Origin: Halobacteriovoraceae bacterium
Lineage (GTDB): Bacteria > Bdellovibrionota > Bacteriovoracia > Bacteriovoracales > Bacteriovoracaceae
Direction of reading: 5' to 3'
Assembly (NCBI GenBank): GCA_963719505.1
Contig: CAVRCF010000001.1
Span: 672,001-736,000 of the forward strand
DNA length: 64,000 nucleotides
Positions 40,316 to 50,542 of the stretch are shown here, in pieces. A model generated the notes under the pieces. The model was not told the origin of the DNA, made no database searches, and was given only the letters and a program-made list of their open reading frames with translations. The position numbers and the translations under genes were made by a program. How positions within the stretch are numbered: position 1 is the first letter of the stretch; the number at the start of each line of letters is the position of its first letter.

Positions 40316-41848
40316 TTAATTAAAAATTGTTGTACCGGTAAAATCACTAGGCTTTTCAATACCTAGGAGATGAATAATTGTAGGAGAAATATCCATTAAT
40401 GCATCATCTTTATTTTTAATTTCAACTTTTTTATTTTCGAGTCCTTTTTGAACCAAGATAAAAGGGACTTGAGCGCCAGTGTGAGACGTGTGCGGACTTC
40501 CATCGGCATGGGCCATCTGATCGCAATTTCCGTGATCTGCAGTTACTAGCATGGAGATGTCTTCTTCCAGACACTTATCTTTTAGCTTCCCTAAAACAAT
40601 ATCGATATATTCAACTGCTTTTACAGCGGCTTCGTAATTGCCTGTATGTCCAACCATATCTGGATTGGCAAAGTTGACAATGGATACAGAGAGACCTTTG
40701 TCGGAGAGTTCGTGAGTGAGCTTATTCAAAACCTCGGCTGCACTCATCTGAGGTTTGAGATCGTAAGTCGCTACTTCTCTCGGGGACTCCACTAAGATTC
40801 TTTTTTCACCTTCAAAGGGCTTTTCAGCTCCGCCATTGAAAAAGTAGGTGACGTGAGCATATTTTTCGGTCTCAGCAATTTTCAATTGTTTTAAACCTTT
40901 CTTTGATAAGAATTCAGAAAGAGTTCCTTTAACGTTTTCTCTATTGAAAAGAATAGGAACTTCTGGAAAATCTTCATCAATATAAGGAGACATACAAAGA
41001 AATCTCGAAGGCTTTATTGAATTTTCAAAATGTTCAAAGTTTGTGTCAACAAAGGCTTGTGAAATCTCTTTTGCTCTATCAGGTCTAAAATTAATAAAGA
41101 AAACACAGTCTTCTGACTTTATTTTTGATTTTTCTCCAAACAAGACAGGAGTGATAAATTCATCATAGATCTCTTTTTCATACTCCGCTTTAATATAATC
41201 TGCAGGAGATAATTCAGTTATCTCACTTTGCCCTGTCATCATTGTGTAGGCTTTTTCAATCTTCTCCCATCTTCTATCTCGGTCCATACCAATGGAGCGT
41301 CCTTGCATTGAGGCGAAAGTAAAATCTCCAGACTTTTTAAGCTCTTCAATATACATGACTCCATTTTGTTGTGGTGTGTCCCGCCCATCCATGAATGCGT
41401 GAAAGAAAACTTCAACTTTGTGAGTATTGGCAATTTTTATAATTTCTTTAATATGTTTAATATGCGAATGAACGCCACCGTCAGACAAAAGCCCCATAAT
41501 ATGAAGACGATTAGATCCTTGTTTAACTTGCTCAAAAAGGGCTAAAAGTTCTTTCATGTCTTTTAGCGTGTCTTTTTCTATAGACTCATTAATTCTCACT
41601 AGATCTTGTCGAACAGGCCTGCCGGCTCCGATATTCATATGACCCACTTCAGAGTTGCCAGCAACTCCCTTTGGAAGTCCGACCAACACCCCACCAGGCT
41701 CAATAGTGGTATTGGGATATGTTTTTATAAGGGCGTCTAAGTTTGGTGTTTTTGCATCTCTAACTGCATTCTTGTTTTCATTATCGGAGAAACCAAGTCC
41801 GTCACAGATAACCAATAGTACTCTCTTAGTTGATCCAAATAATGACAT
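40316..41848 (-). CDS. gpmI: 2,3-BPG-independent phosphoglycerate mutase
   Basis: GNSEVGH, SDGGVHSH, DGRD, ETEKYAHVT, DMVGHTG and TADHGN. Confidence 0.97.
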   Translation of the reverse strand: MSLFGSTKRVLLVICDGLGFSDNENKNAVRDAKTPNLDALIKTYPNTTIEPGGVLVGLPKGVAGNSEVGHMNIGAGRPVRQDLVRINESIEKDTLKDMKELLALFEQVKQGSNRLHIMGLLSDGGVHSHIKHIKEIIKIANTHKVEVFFHAFMDGRDTPQQNGVMYIEELKKSGDFTFASMQGRSIGMDRDRRWEKIEKAYTMMTGQSEITELSPADYIKAEYEKEIYDEFITPVLFGEKSKIKSEDCVFFINFRPDRAKEISQAFVDTNFEHFENSIKPSRFLCMSPYIDEDFPEVPILFNRENVKGTLSEFLSKKGLKQLKIAETEKYAHVTYFFNGGAEKPFEGEKRILVESPREVATYDLKPQMSAAEVLNKLTHELSDKGLSVSIVNFANPDMVGHTGNYEAAVKAVEYIDIVLGKLKDKCLEEDISMLVTADHGNCDQMAHADGSPHTSHTGAQVPFILVQKGLENKKVEIKNKDDALMDISPTIIHLLGIEKPSDFTGTTIFN

Positions 41849-41857
41849 GACTTTCTC

Positions 41858-42319
41858 CTAGTTGTGATAAGGGTGATTATTATTAATTGTAATCGCTCTA
41901 TAAAACTGCTCTACAAAAAGTATCCTAGCAATTTTATGTGGGAATGTAAGTTTAGATAGTGAGAATTTTTCTTTGCATAAGGCCAAAACCTCTGGTGAGT
42001 GACCCTGCGCTCCAGCAATAAGAAAGATGAGATTCTTTTGAGTTTCTAGTCTATCGAATAACCAAGAGGACATTTGAGGACTATCATACTCCTTACCAAA
42101 TTCAGACAAAGCAATAATATATCCTGGAGAATCTTTGGTGAGATCTTTTACTTTCTTCAACACTTCACCACCTTCAAAATCAAGACTTTCGGCTTTGGCT
42201 TTGACTTCGTGAATGAAAAGATTTGGGTTTTGTATTCTCTTTAAATAGGAAGCCTCGATCTGCTCGAGACTTTTATCTTTTAATTTTCCTACGACGATTA
42301 AGTGAACACTTTTACTCAT
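41858..42319 (-). CDS. rlmH: 23S rRNA pseudouridine-1915 N3-methyltransferase
   Basis: VGKLK, SLSKLTFPH, EQFYRA and HPYH. Confidence 0.93.
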   Translation of the reverse strand: MSKSVHLIVVGKLKDKSLEQIEASYLKRIQNPNLFIHEVKAKAESLDFEGGEVLKKVKDLTKDSPGYIIALSEFGKEYDSPQMSSWLFDRLETQKNLIFLIAGAQGHSPEVLALCKEKFSLSKLTFPHKIARILFVEQFYRAITINNNHPYHN

Positions 42320-42324
42320 GGGTT

Positions 42325-42789
42325 TTAGAAGTAGTTGTTCGTTGGATCCGAATGAGATGTTTCTGTCTGTGGAGTACCAAAGTAGTACTCTTCAGGGATC
42401 TGAATTTGTTTTTGATTTTTCCAAAGCATATCAAGATCAAAAATATCTCTCGAAACTTCAAGAAAAAGGTGAACGATAACATCACCGGCGTCTACAAGTA
42501 TCCATTCTGCTTCCTCAACACCTTCTACCGATTTAACTTGAACATCAGTATGTCTCAGGCTTGGAACAAGGACGTCTACCATTGATCGTGCTTGAGTTGT
42601 GTTTTGGGCAGAGGCGATAATATTGTAGTCACAAAGAGAACTTGAATTACTCATATCAAAGATCTTTATATTTAACCCTTTAAAGTTTGCAATGATCCAC
42701 GCACACGCAAGAGCGATATTTTTAGGAAATTCTTCCTTGTGTTCGTTCATGATTTTTGTGATTTCTTTTTCTACAAATTGATTACTCAT
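42325..42789 (-). CDS. rsfS: Ribosome silencing factor
   Basis: WILVDAGDVIVHLF...DLDMLW. Confidence 0.92.
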   Translation of the reverse strand: MSNQFVEKEITKIMNEHKEEFPKNIALACAWIIANFKGLNIKIFDMSNSSSLCDYNIIASAQNTTQARSMVDVLVPSLRHTDVQVKSVEGVEEAEWILVDAGDVIVHLFLEVSRDIFDLDMLWKNQKQIQIPEEYYFGTPQTETSHSDPTNNYF

Positions 42790-43795
42790 TTTTTCTCTCT
42801 TTAGTTTTAAACATTATTCTTTTTAAGGTATCAATATTTCTTCCTGATACAGAAGATATTGGAAGAACTTTCTTATCGAGGTGCTCTTCCATAAATTTTT
42901 GATATTCAGCAATTTCTTCTTCACTCATTGCATCTATTTTCGTGAGGCAGATAATCTCTGGCTTGTTATAGAATTGTTCGTGATCGTATTTTAATAACTC
43001 ATTTCTAATCACGGCATAATCACCCATTGCCTCTTCTGGATCAACGAGCATCGAACAGTCAATCATATGAACGAGAGCACTTGTTCTTTCAATATGCTTT
43101 AAAAATGTATGGCCTAAGCCTTTACCTTCGCTGGCGTCTTCGATAAGACCTGGTATGTCAGCGACGACAATTGAATTTTCATTATCAACTTTAACGACAC
43201 CAAGATTTGGCTCAAGAGTAGTAAAAGGGTAGTCGGCAATTTTAGGTCTTGAATTTGAGATCGCTGAGATAAGCGTCGACTTTCCAGCATTTGGAAGTCC
43301 TACCAAAGCGATGTCAGCTATAAGCTTGAGTTCAAGTCTAATAGGGATCGTGATCCCCGGTTGACCAGCTTGAGCTTTTCTTGGAGCTTGATTGGTTGGT
43401 GTTTTAAAATATGTATTGCCAAGTCCACCACGTCCACCTTCTGCCAAAAGTTTTCTTTGGCCATGCTCTGTGATGTCATCGATAAGTGTGCCGTCTTCAG
43501 AGTTAAAAATAAGGGTTCCAACTGGAACCTTGATAATATAGTCAGCCCCTGTTGCGCCGTCCATTTGAGAGCCTTGACCGCCTCCACCATTGGATGCTTT
43601 ATAGACTTTTCTTCCTCTAAAGTTCACAAGAGTATTGATATTCTCATCACCTTCAAAGAAGACGCTTCCGCCATTTGCCCCATTGCCGCCATCAGGACCA
43701 CCATAGGGAACAAATTTCTCGCGTCGAAAACTAACTTTACCATCGCCACCGTCACCGGAGCCGACCTCAATATTTACTTCATCTATAAATCTCAT
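42782..43795 (-). CDS. obgE: GTPase ObgE/CgtA
   Basis: FRREKFVPYGGPDGG, GLPNAGKST, YPFTT and DIPGL. Confidence 0.98.
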   Translation of the reverse strand: MRFIDEVNIEVGSGDGGDGKVSFRREKFVPYGGPDGGNGANGGSVFFEGDENINTLVNFRGRKVYKASNGGGGQGSQMDGATGADYIIKVPVGTLIFNSEDGTLIDDITEHGQRKLLAEGGRGGLGNTYFKTPTNQAPRKAQAGQPGITIPIRLELKLIADIALVGLPNAGKSTLISAISNSRPKIADYPFTTLEPNLGVVKVDNENSIVVADIPGLIEDASEGKGLGHTFLKHIERTSALVHMIDCSMLVDPEEAMGDYAVIRNELLKYDHEQFYNKPEIICLTKIDAMSEEEIAEYQKFMEEHLDKKVLPISSVSGRNIDTLKRIMFKTKERKNE

Positions 43796-43802
43796 TGGGG
43801 GG

Positions 43803-43831
43803 GTTATAAGCTACACTGCACCATATGTGAA
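43803..43831 (-). promoter_or_regulatory. Sigma70 promoter for a probably leaderless obgE transcript
   Basis: TTCACA-N17-TATAAC, then CCCCCCA, then ATG; no SD. Confidence 0.5.
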
Positions 43832-43875
43832 GAAATATATAATGGTTTACAGTAATAAATACCTAAAATTACAAA

Positions 43876-44793
43876 CTAAAATACAGACTTAAGCCCTAAA
43901 GAAGCTTTTCTTTCACCTAGGCTCTCATCTTCAATCTCCATTTGAGAAAACTCATATCTCACAACTAGGGACATATCTCTTTTCAAGTACTTAAAATTTA
44001 AGCCTGAATTAACTTGCGCCCCTTGATAATCCTCGATCTTAGATCCCGATGCATTTTTCTGGACTTTTAAACCCGCAAAAAGAGAAATATTATTATTTTT
44101 AAAGAACTCACTACTGGCGCCAACCTGAACACCATTAGATGCTGCTGTGTCAAATTCAACTCTATTGAGACTATCAAGCTCAAAGGAGAGAAGACTTTTA
44201 ATGTATGCACCAGCATTTAATCTAAAGCTTTTGAAGTTAAAAAACCTAAAAGCCGATACTTCGTAGTTAGTTTGGGTTTTATCACTAGCAATATTTTGAT
44301 CATCATCATTTGAATACTGATATCTTTCAAGCTTTAAGTTCACGCCATATGAAGAATTTCTCTCGTAAGTGGCAATGAGATACTGAGAAAGGTCTGAATA
44401 AACATTTGCTTTATTAACTGATTGAGTGTGATGAAAAGTTCCAAGTTCAAGATCAAATTGATTTGATGAGGGGCTAAGTTTTGAATCATTTAGCTGTGAA
44501 TTCATAGTCGTTGGAGCCTGTGCTAATTGCTCAGAAGGCTCCTCATTTTCTTGAGACGTGCCTTTAGATATATAATAAACTTTTCCAACTGGAAGTTTCT
44601 TGGCACTTTCCCACGTGAGGTTATTAAAGTCTAAAATTTCTCTAATTCCCTGGGTATCGTTTTTACTTTCAATATAATTATTTCTGATGAGTGATTTTGA
44701 AATCGAGTCACCATAAAAATCCAAGGTGTATGATATCTTTGCAGCTTGAACACTTATAGTCGTTAGGGCACAAAGTACTGTTGTTAGTTTCAT
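43876..44793 (-). CDS. Outer-membrane beta-barrel protein with a degenerate LysM-like N-terminus
   Basis: Signal peptide; YTL...GDSISK...KLPVGK; amphipathic strands; terminal LGLKSVF. Confidence 0.6.
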   Translation of the reverse strand: MKLTTVLCALTTISVQAAKISYTLDFYGDSISKSLIRNNYIESKNDTQGIREILDFNNLTWESAKKLPVGKVYYISKGTSQENEEPSEQLAQAPTTMNSQLNDSKLSPSSNQFDLELGTFHHTQSVNKANVYSDLSQYLIATYERNSSYGVNLKLERYQYSNDDDQNIASDKTQTNYEVSAFRFFNFKSFRLNAGAYIKSLLSFELDSLNRVEFDTAASNGVQVGASSEFFKNNNISLFAGLKVQKNASGSKIEDYQGAQVNSGLNFKYLKRDMSLVVRYEFSQMEIEDESLGERKASLGLKSVF

Positions 44794-46538
44794 AAGTTAA
44801 ATCCAAATAAAAGAGTTTCATCATTATTAGCACCAAAGTTATCATTCTTTGGCTCATACCAAGCAGCTGCTTTAACAGAGACTTTAATAATTGACCCTGC
44901 TGGGAGGTTTGTCATTCTCAACTTATATGGAGCATCTTCGTTAGAGCCTGACCTTGTTAAAGTTCCTTGAACCTTAGTTCCATTTGGCTTTGTGACTTCA
45001 ACTGAACCAGCTGAAATCGATGCAAGGGCTAACCATTCAGTTTCGACGTTTAGGGCATATGTATTTTTCATTTTTGCTCTAGGTAAAAATGGTGCGGAAC
45101 CATATCCATCAGCATCTGCAGTGCTTACAGCTTGAATTGGTTTATCAGATTTAATCCTTACTGATAGTGCTTTGTATCTATCTCCAGTGCCTTCAGGAGA
45201 GACCTTAAAGAGGTTCGCTAAATTTGTAAAAGTATGACTAAAAACCACATCGTTAGAGTGAACTCCGTCAAGAACTGTTCCATTGGTAGAAGCTGATACG
45301 TAACCCGATCGACTTGGAATTCCAATGATATCAGTTGAATTTGGAAGTATTGGTCTTGGGTCTTGTATTTGGTTATTAGAGTTTGTCGTTGATATTAAAT
45401 AAGCACTAAAGACTCCATCCGCTTGAAGCTGATAATTTCCATTATTAGGAAGTCTGATTGTACTTCCGCTATCTTTAGCGATTGCAACAGTTTCAATTGT
45501 CGTTGTCCCATTTTTAATAGTTAAGTTGATGTCTTCGAAAGCTGCAATCGATAAGTCGTGTCCAGCAGATCTCGATGCTGAAAAACTAAATTTAGTATCT
45601 GCCCAGTCCTGAGTGGTCCAAACAATATTTCCCTTTTTGTTATCACTTCCAGAACCTTTTCTTCCAGCAACATAAAAAGCAGAGCTAGAACTAATCTTAT
45701 CCATTTTGGCACTTGAAAAGTTATGCACTTCACCTGCCTGAAGAGTGGCCATTAAGTTTCCATTTAAATAAAAATCACCATCTTCAATAGCGACTAATGC
45801 ACTAGCTGTGGCACCTGCGATATTGAATGCCTTAATATCATCTTTAAAAAAATCATTATCAGGAAGTGTTCTTCTAGTCACAGTGCTTTCGTCTGAGTAG
45901 TTTCCGTTACTAGCTCTGACTCTAAAATTATACAGAGTCGATGCTTCTAAGTTTTCGATAGTAGCGTTTAAATCTTGAACAGGGTTTCCAGAAAATGAGC
46001 TCCACGATGATTCGCCATCTCTTTTGAACTCTAGGACATAACCTTTAAGGGGGAGAGTGGATGAACCATCTGCTTTATTCCAGCTTAACTCCATTTGCTT
46101 AATTCCGGTTTTCGCAACATCTATATGTGTTGCCACTGTTGGAGAGCTGGTATCAATGTTTAAAGTTAATATAACTTCTTTAGTCTTTTCAATATTTATT
46201 GCTTTAACAGAGATCTCAAGCTGTTTATTGCTGGGTGATTGAAAGTTTAAGTTAGCAGAGAACTTATCTTGCTCACAATTAACTGAAACGGGACTATTTA
46301 TAAGATCATCTTGAGTGAAGATAATTGTTTTAGCTTCTGAACAATTACCGGTAACTGTTACGTTTTTCCCAATTGTACTTGAATCCTCTGGACTTAATAC
46401 AACTAAGTCTGGTGCCACTTCAGCTGGAAGTATATTTCCGATAGTGTCCGAGTTATTACTCTTTCCATCATAAAAAATATTATTTTTGGATCCACATGAA
46501 ATAAGAGAAAATAGAAATAGTAAGTAGGCAATCTTCAT
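44790..46538 (-). CDS. Surface lipoprotein with Ig-like, fibronectin type III and IgGFc-binding-like domains
   Basis: Lipobox LISC; FN3 pattern LSW...GYVL...LEASTLYNFRVRA; IKSDKPI motif. Confidence 0.75.
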   Translation of the reverse strand: MKIAYLLFLFSLISCGSKNNIFYDGKSNNSDTIGNILPAEVAPDLVVLSPEDSSTIGKNVTVTGNCSEAKTIIFTQDDLINSPVSVNCEQDKFSANLNFQSPSNKQLEISVKAINIEKTKEVILTLNIDTSSPTVATHIDVAKTGIKQMELSWNKADGSSTLPLKGYVLEFKRDGESSWSSFSGNPVQDLNATIENLEASTLYNFRVRASNGNYSDESTVTRRTLPDNDFFKDDIKAFNIAGATASALVAIEDGDFYLNGNLMATLQAGEVHNFSSAKMDKISSSSAFYVAGRKGSGSDNKKGNIVWTTQDWADTKFSFSASRSAGHDLSIAAFEDINLTIKNGTTTIETVAIAKDSGSTIRLPNNGNYQLQADGVFSAYLISTTNSNNQIQDPRPILPNSTDIIGIPSRSGYVSASTNGTVLDGVHSNDVVFSHTFTNLANLFKVSPEGTGDRYKALSVRIKSDKPIQAVSTADADGYGSAPFLPRAKMKNTYALNVETEWLALASISAGSVEVTKPNGTKVQGTLTRSGSNEDAPYKLRMTNLPAGSIIKVSVKAAAWYEPKNDNFGANNDETLLFGFNL

Positions 46539-46569
46539 AAACAGTCTCCTTAAGAACTACTTAAGTTTT

Positions 46570-46671
46570 TGCAATGACCATACCAATTTCTTTACGTGAA
46601 ATCAGGGGGTTGAAGAATTTGCCGATGTCAAACTGACTCTTTATTGATAAAATTGTCCATGATTTGGACAA
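46570..46671 (-). promoter_or_regulatory. Sigma54 promoter with an IHF-like site and a palindromic upstream activator site
   Basis: Minus strand TGGTATG-GTCA-TTGCA (46585-46570); AATCAG-GGGG-TTG (46600-46612); TTGTCCA-N5-TGGACAA (46653-46671). Confidence 0.7.
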
Positions 46672-46699
46672 AAAAAAGCCCTCTATTTCTAGAGGGCTT
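46670..46699 (-). terminator. Intrinsic terminator after rpmA
   Basis: AAGCCCTCTA-N4-TAGAGGGCTT with a T run on the minus strand. Confidence 0.85.
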
Positions 46700-46722
46700 A
46701 GATATTTCTAATAATATTAAAA

Positions 46723-46977
46723 TTATGCAGTTATTACAGAAACCATTTTAACTTTTTTGCTGTAGTTAGAAAATTTAACTTTTCCTTCTTCCAATGCAAA
46801 AAGAGTAAAGTCTCTACCCATTTTTACACCTGGACCAGCATGAAATTTTGTTCCTTTTTGACGAACAATAATGTTTCCACAAATTACTGATTCACCGCCG
46901 TACTTCTTAACACCTCTCATTTTTGGGTTAGAGTCACGACCGTTACTAGTACTACCACCTGATTTCTTGTGAGCCAT
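46723..46977 (-). CDS. rpmA: 50S ribosomal protein L27
   Basis: [16 protein letters not shown] and IIVRQKGT. Confidence 0.98.
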   Translation of the reverse strand: MAHKKSGGSTSNGRDSNPKMRGVKKYGGESVICGNIIVRQKGTKFHAGPGVKMGRDFTLFALEEGKVKFSNYSKKVKMVSVITA

Positions 46978-47000
46978 ATCTTTTTCCTTTCTTTTTTAAA

Positions 47001-47306
47001 TTATGCTTTAATACCTGTAATTTTTAAAGCTGTGTAATGTTGTCTGTGACCATTTTTCTTTTTGTATTTACCTGGTTTTCTCACAGAAACGATAACTTTT
47101 CTTGAACGCGCTTGTCTGATGATTTCAGCAGAAACAACCGCTCCAGCAACAGCTGGCATTCCAACCTTTGGTGCATCTCCACCAATGAAAAGAACATTAT
47201 CTAATTCAACTTTTGCACCAATCTCACCTTCAAGTTTTTGAACGTCAACAACGTCACCCTCTTGAACACGATACTGATGACCTTTAATCTCAACAATTCC
47301 GTACAT
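47001..47306 (-). CDS. rplU: 50S ribosomal protein L21
   Basis: MYGIVEIKGHQYRV and GHRQHYT. Confidence 0.98.
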   Translation of the reverse strand: MYGIVEIKGHQYRVQEGDVVDVQKLEGEIGAKVELDNVLFIGGDAPKVGMPAVAGAVVSAEIIRQARSRKVIVSVRKPGKYKKKNGHRQHYTALKITGIKA

Positions 47307-47392
47307 TTTAACTCCTTAATACGACTAGCTAGGAGAGAAGTTATAAAAACTCTTCTTATTGGCCCTAGACCAGATCTTTTTTTGAACTTTAT

Positions 47393-47421
47393 CTTTTAAT
47401 GTTTGGCAGCGTCTTTGTCAA
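47393..47421 (-). promoter_or_regulatory. Probable sigma70 promoter of rplU-rpmA
   Basis: TTGACA-N17-TAAAAG on the minus strand. Confidence 0.45.
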
Positions 47422-47542
47422 TAAAATTAGTTATAACTATCGTTTATTGCTGCCTTGCGGAAGATTTTTCTCATTGGAGGTGGACCATTTTAGTCCATGA
47501 GCAGCAAGGTCGATAGAGAACTGAGATTAATCCGGAGGAAAA

Positions 47543-48325
47543 ATGACTAAACAAGTAAGCTATTTTCAATTTCAAAAGAGTCTTGGATACCCAGTTTTCG
47601 TAAGATTTGAAGATGAACAGCTTGAGTCCAATCTAGAATCTTTGGTGACATCGATGGGTTTTACCAAGCTTGAAGAAAATGAATTCAAAAAAATAGAGAT
47701 TATAAATGCCAAAACTCGAATTCTGAGCCTTGGCAAAGCCTCTTTAAAGGTCGCTAAGCAAATAGATGGACCTGGTCCTTTTGATGCTTACGGACCCGAG
47801 AGCACGACAGAATATCCCTCTTACAATGTTTACAGATATAAGCACTTTGGGGTGATCCTGTGCGGCCATAATACAGCGATGTGGCAAGCGGGAATAAAGA
47901 ACTGTGGACCAAAGTCGGTAGAGCTCAAAACCATCATCACAAGATTTATAAGCCTCGCCCTCGCACCTTTTGGAATTGTCAGCTTTTGGGGCGTACCTGT
48001 TGGAGAGGGATTTGTCATTATGAATCCAAAAGAGGCAAACTACGAGTCCATTATCGTGGATGTCGATAATAGATGTTTTATCTCTCAAGACGGAGTCGTG
48101 GCCATTGATTTTGAAACGAAAGTTTTAAGACTTGATGAAAGCTTGCATGGGAGAACGAGACAGATGTCCAAAGAAGAACTTGTGAGTTTTTTAAGTACAA
48201 GGACCTGTTACTTATCCAATAAAGGTCTGGATCACAGATTAAAGTCATCCATTTATCAATTGGTGAAGCAAGTTGAAGGTGTCGTTTATCCTGTTGAGAA
48301 CTTTAAGCCTAGGGCAGCTGCTTAA
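47543..48325 (+). CDS. Hypothetical cytoplasmic protein
   Basis: 260-aa ORF; strong SD GGAGG. Confidence 0.75.
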   Translation: MTKQVSYFQFQKSLGYPVFVRFEDEQLESNLESLVTSMGFTKLEENEFKKIEIINAKTRILSLGKASLKVAKQIDGPGPFDAYGPESTTEYPSYNVYRYKHFGVILCGHNTAMWQAGIKNCGPKSVELKTIITRFISLALAPFGIVSFWGVPVGEGFVIMNPKEANYESIIVDVDNRCFISQDGVVAIDFETKVLRLDESLHGRTRQMSKEELVSFLSTRTCYLSNKGLDHRLKSSIYQLVKQVEGVVYPVENFKPRAAA

Positions 48326-48843
48326 ATTTCAGCCTCAACCATTTTCTTCATTAACAGAGTAAAAGAGCTTTTAAATTTTGTTTTTGCGTCATAAGCGGAA
48401 TAGAAGATTGGAAAGCATGTGATCGTACACGCTCCAGAGTAGACGTGATTAATACCCTTTTTATTTTCCCAAATATACAAAGCTGATTCTTCGTTTTTTT
48501 TATACTTATCTTGTAACCCATATCTGTTGATAAGTGATTGATGAAAAACATCATGTAAAAAGTAGTGGGGCAGTCGCGCGTGAAAGTCTGTTATTTTCGA
48601 GTCTACCACTTGAACTAAGGTCACAAACTTATAACGAATATGGGCGACATAAAACTTGTACGTTGTGGCTTCTTTATCCTTGCCAACCACCTCTGGACTA
48701 TATTTTTTAAGCAAAGGGGCAATCTCATTTCCAGGCATGAATTCTTGGAATTTATCCACACTAAAGTCGTAGTTTGGAGCCTCGACCAAGGCTTGAACTG
48801 GTGCACAGATGAGAATAAATAAAATAGCTAGAAAATCTTTCAT
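48322..48843 (-). CDS. Hypothetical secreted protein
   Basis: Signal peptide; YSGACTITCFP motif. Confidence 0.7.
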   Translation of the reverse strand: MKDFLAILFILICAPVQALVEAPNYDFSVDKFQEFMPGNEIAPLLKKYSPEVVGKDKEATTYKFYVAHIRYKFVTLVQVVDSKITDFHARLPHYFLHDVFHQSLINRYGLQDKYKKNEESALYIWENKKGINHVYSGACTITCFPIFYSAYDAKTKFKSSFTLLMKKMVEAEI

Positions 48844-49048
48844 TGCAGCCTATAATACACCTATTAAGTGACTGTTTTCTTGAAACGGCATCATTTTCTC
48901 TTCAGTAATTCGACCCTTTCATTGTATAATATACCTGAGGGTTTTGGGTTTTTACAAAGTTAAAATGACAGAAGACTTTAAATCGTAAATAATGGTTTTT
49001 ACTTAGATTTGTAAAACGGAAGTCCCATAAAAAAACTAGGAGTGGTTT

Positions 49049-50521
49049 GTGAAAAGGACAATAATTTCATTGAGCGCTATTGCATTACTAGCTATTGGTT
49101 GTGCCTCAACTAAAGTTGATGACAACGCTGAACTAACTGAAGCGAAGCCCAAAAAAATAAGAGTACAAAAGCATATTGTCGATAAAGCTCTGCCGAGCTG
49201 TCATTCCTGTATTCTAGGAAGTTCTGGTGATGAAGAGCTTAAGACCACAGATAAAAAGCTTTACTATATTTATGGAGCTGAAGAATTAAAGCTCCATAAT
49301 ACCTATTTCGATATACCTGTGGTTTATAATGATGCAACAAAAATGTGGATTAAGTATTTCACTGGTAGAGGAAGAGAGCTTTTTGCAAGATATGCCAAAA
49401 GATCGGGAAGATATGCGCCAGTACTTTCTAAAATCTTAAATGACCAAGGCTTACCAAGAGATCTTATTTATCTTGCAATGGCGGAGAGTGGATTTCAAAA
49501 TATGGCAAGGTCTTGGGCAAAGGCCGTTGGACCTTGGCAGTTTATGCCTTTTACAGGAAAGAGATTTGGCCTCGAGGTTGAATTTTTTCTCGATGAAAGA
49601 CGTGATCCCCTAAAGGCGACAGTAGCTTCTAGTATGTACCTTAGAGACTTGTTTAAAGAGTTTGGCTCTTGGGAACTGGCCATGGCAAGTTACAATGCCG
49701 GCGAAGGAAAGATGAGAAGAGCGATCAGGCGCTATAGAACAAAAAACTTTTGGAAGATTAGAAAAGGAAGATACCTAAGACCTGAGACAAAAAACTACGT
49801 TCCTAAAATAATGGCCTTAGCTATTATTGGTAAAAACCTAAGCTCTTTTGGATTTGATATTGAATTCGATAAGGCGCTTGATTTTGAAGAAGTAACAGTT
49901 CCTGGTAATGCTGACCTTTATAAAATTGCTCAAGCCCTTGATATGGACTTTGAAGAAGTGAAAAAATTTAATCCTGAACTTATACGGTGGCAGACACCTC
50001 CAAAGTTAGATGAGTATGTTCTAAGACTTCCTGTGGGGATGAAAGCTCAGTGGGATAAAGTCAAAGAAACGGCACAGGTAGCTGCAACAAATTATAAAGT
50101 CTATCAATTGCGAGGGTATGCAAGCTTAAAGCAAGTCGCGAGAAAATTTAAAGTTCCGGCAAAGGTTCTAGCGAAAATAAATGATATCCCTGCAGATAAA
50201 AAGCTTTTTCCTAAAACGGCCATCTACCTTCCTTTTCACGAAGATCATGTCGCTAAAAAGGAGAAACTCTACTCTGATCTCTACGAGAAACCTCGTAAAA
50301 GTGTTGTTAGACGTAGAACCTACCAGCGATGGGTAAAGAGGGGGCGTGCACGTGGTGAAAAAATTGAGAGTCCAAAACAGTTTTATATCGTCAAAAAAGG
50401 TGATACTCTTTGGAATATCGCCAGAAAAACAGGTGTGAATATCAACACCATTATTCGTTCCAATTATAAGTTGGTTAAACGCAGAATGATTCTTCCTGGT
50501 GATAAATTAGCAATTCGTTAG
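49049..50521 (+). CDS. mltD: MltD-like lytic transglycosylase lipoprotein with LysM domains
   Basis: Lipobox AIGC; LAMAESG, AVGPWQF, YNAGEG and ETKNYVPK; LysM YIVKKGDTLWNIA. Confidence 0.9.
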   Translation: MKRTIISLSAIALLAIGCASTKVDDNAELTEAKPKKIRVQKHIVDKALPSCHSCILGSSGDEELKTTDKKLYYIYGAEELKLHNTYFDIPVVYNDATKMWIKYFTGRGRELFARYAKRSGRYAPVLSKILNDQGLPRDLIYLAMAESGFQNMARSWAKAVGPWQFMPFTGKRFGLEVEFFLDERRDPLKATVASSMYLRDLFKEFGSWELAMASYNAGEGKMRRAIRRYRTKNFWKIRKGRYLRPETKNYVPKIMALAIIGKNLSSFGFDIEFDKALDFEEVTVPGNADLYKIAQALDMDFEEVKKFNPELIRWQTPPKLDEYVLRLPVGMKAQWDKVKETAQVAATNYKVYQLRGYASLKQVARKFKVPAKVLAKINDIPADKKLFPKTAIYLPFHEDHVAKKEKLYSDLYEKPRKSVVRRRTYQRWVKRGRARGEKIESPKQFYIVKKGDTLWNIARKTGVNINTIIRSNYKLVKRRMILPGDKLAIR

Positions 50522-50542
50522 TGGTGTTATCCTGGAGAAAAA

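Noticed and set aside
46602..46628. Plus-strand TCAG-N15-GCCGATGT sigma28-like promoter that could drive an sRNA
   Set aside because: It overlaps the IHF-like site of the better-supported sigma54 promoter and has no downstream gene. It cannot be supported without transcript data.
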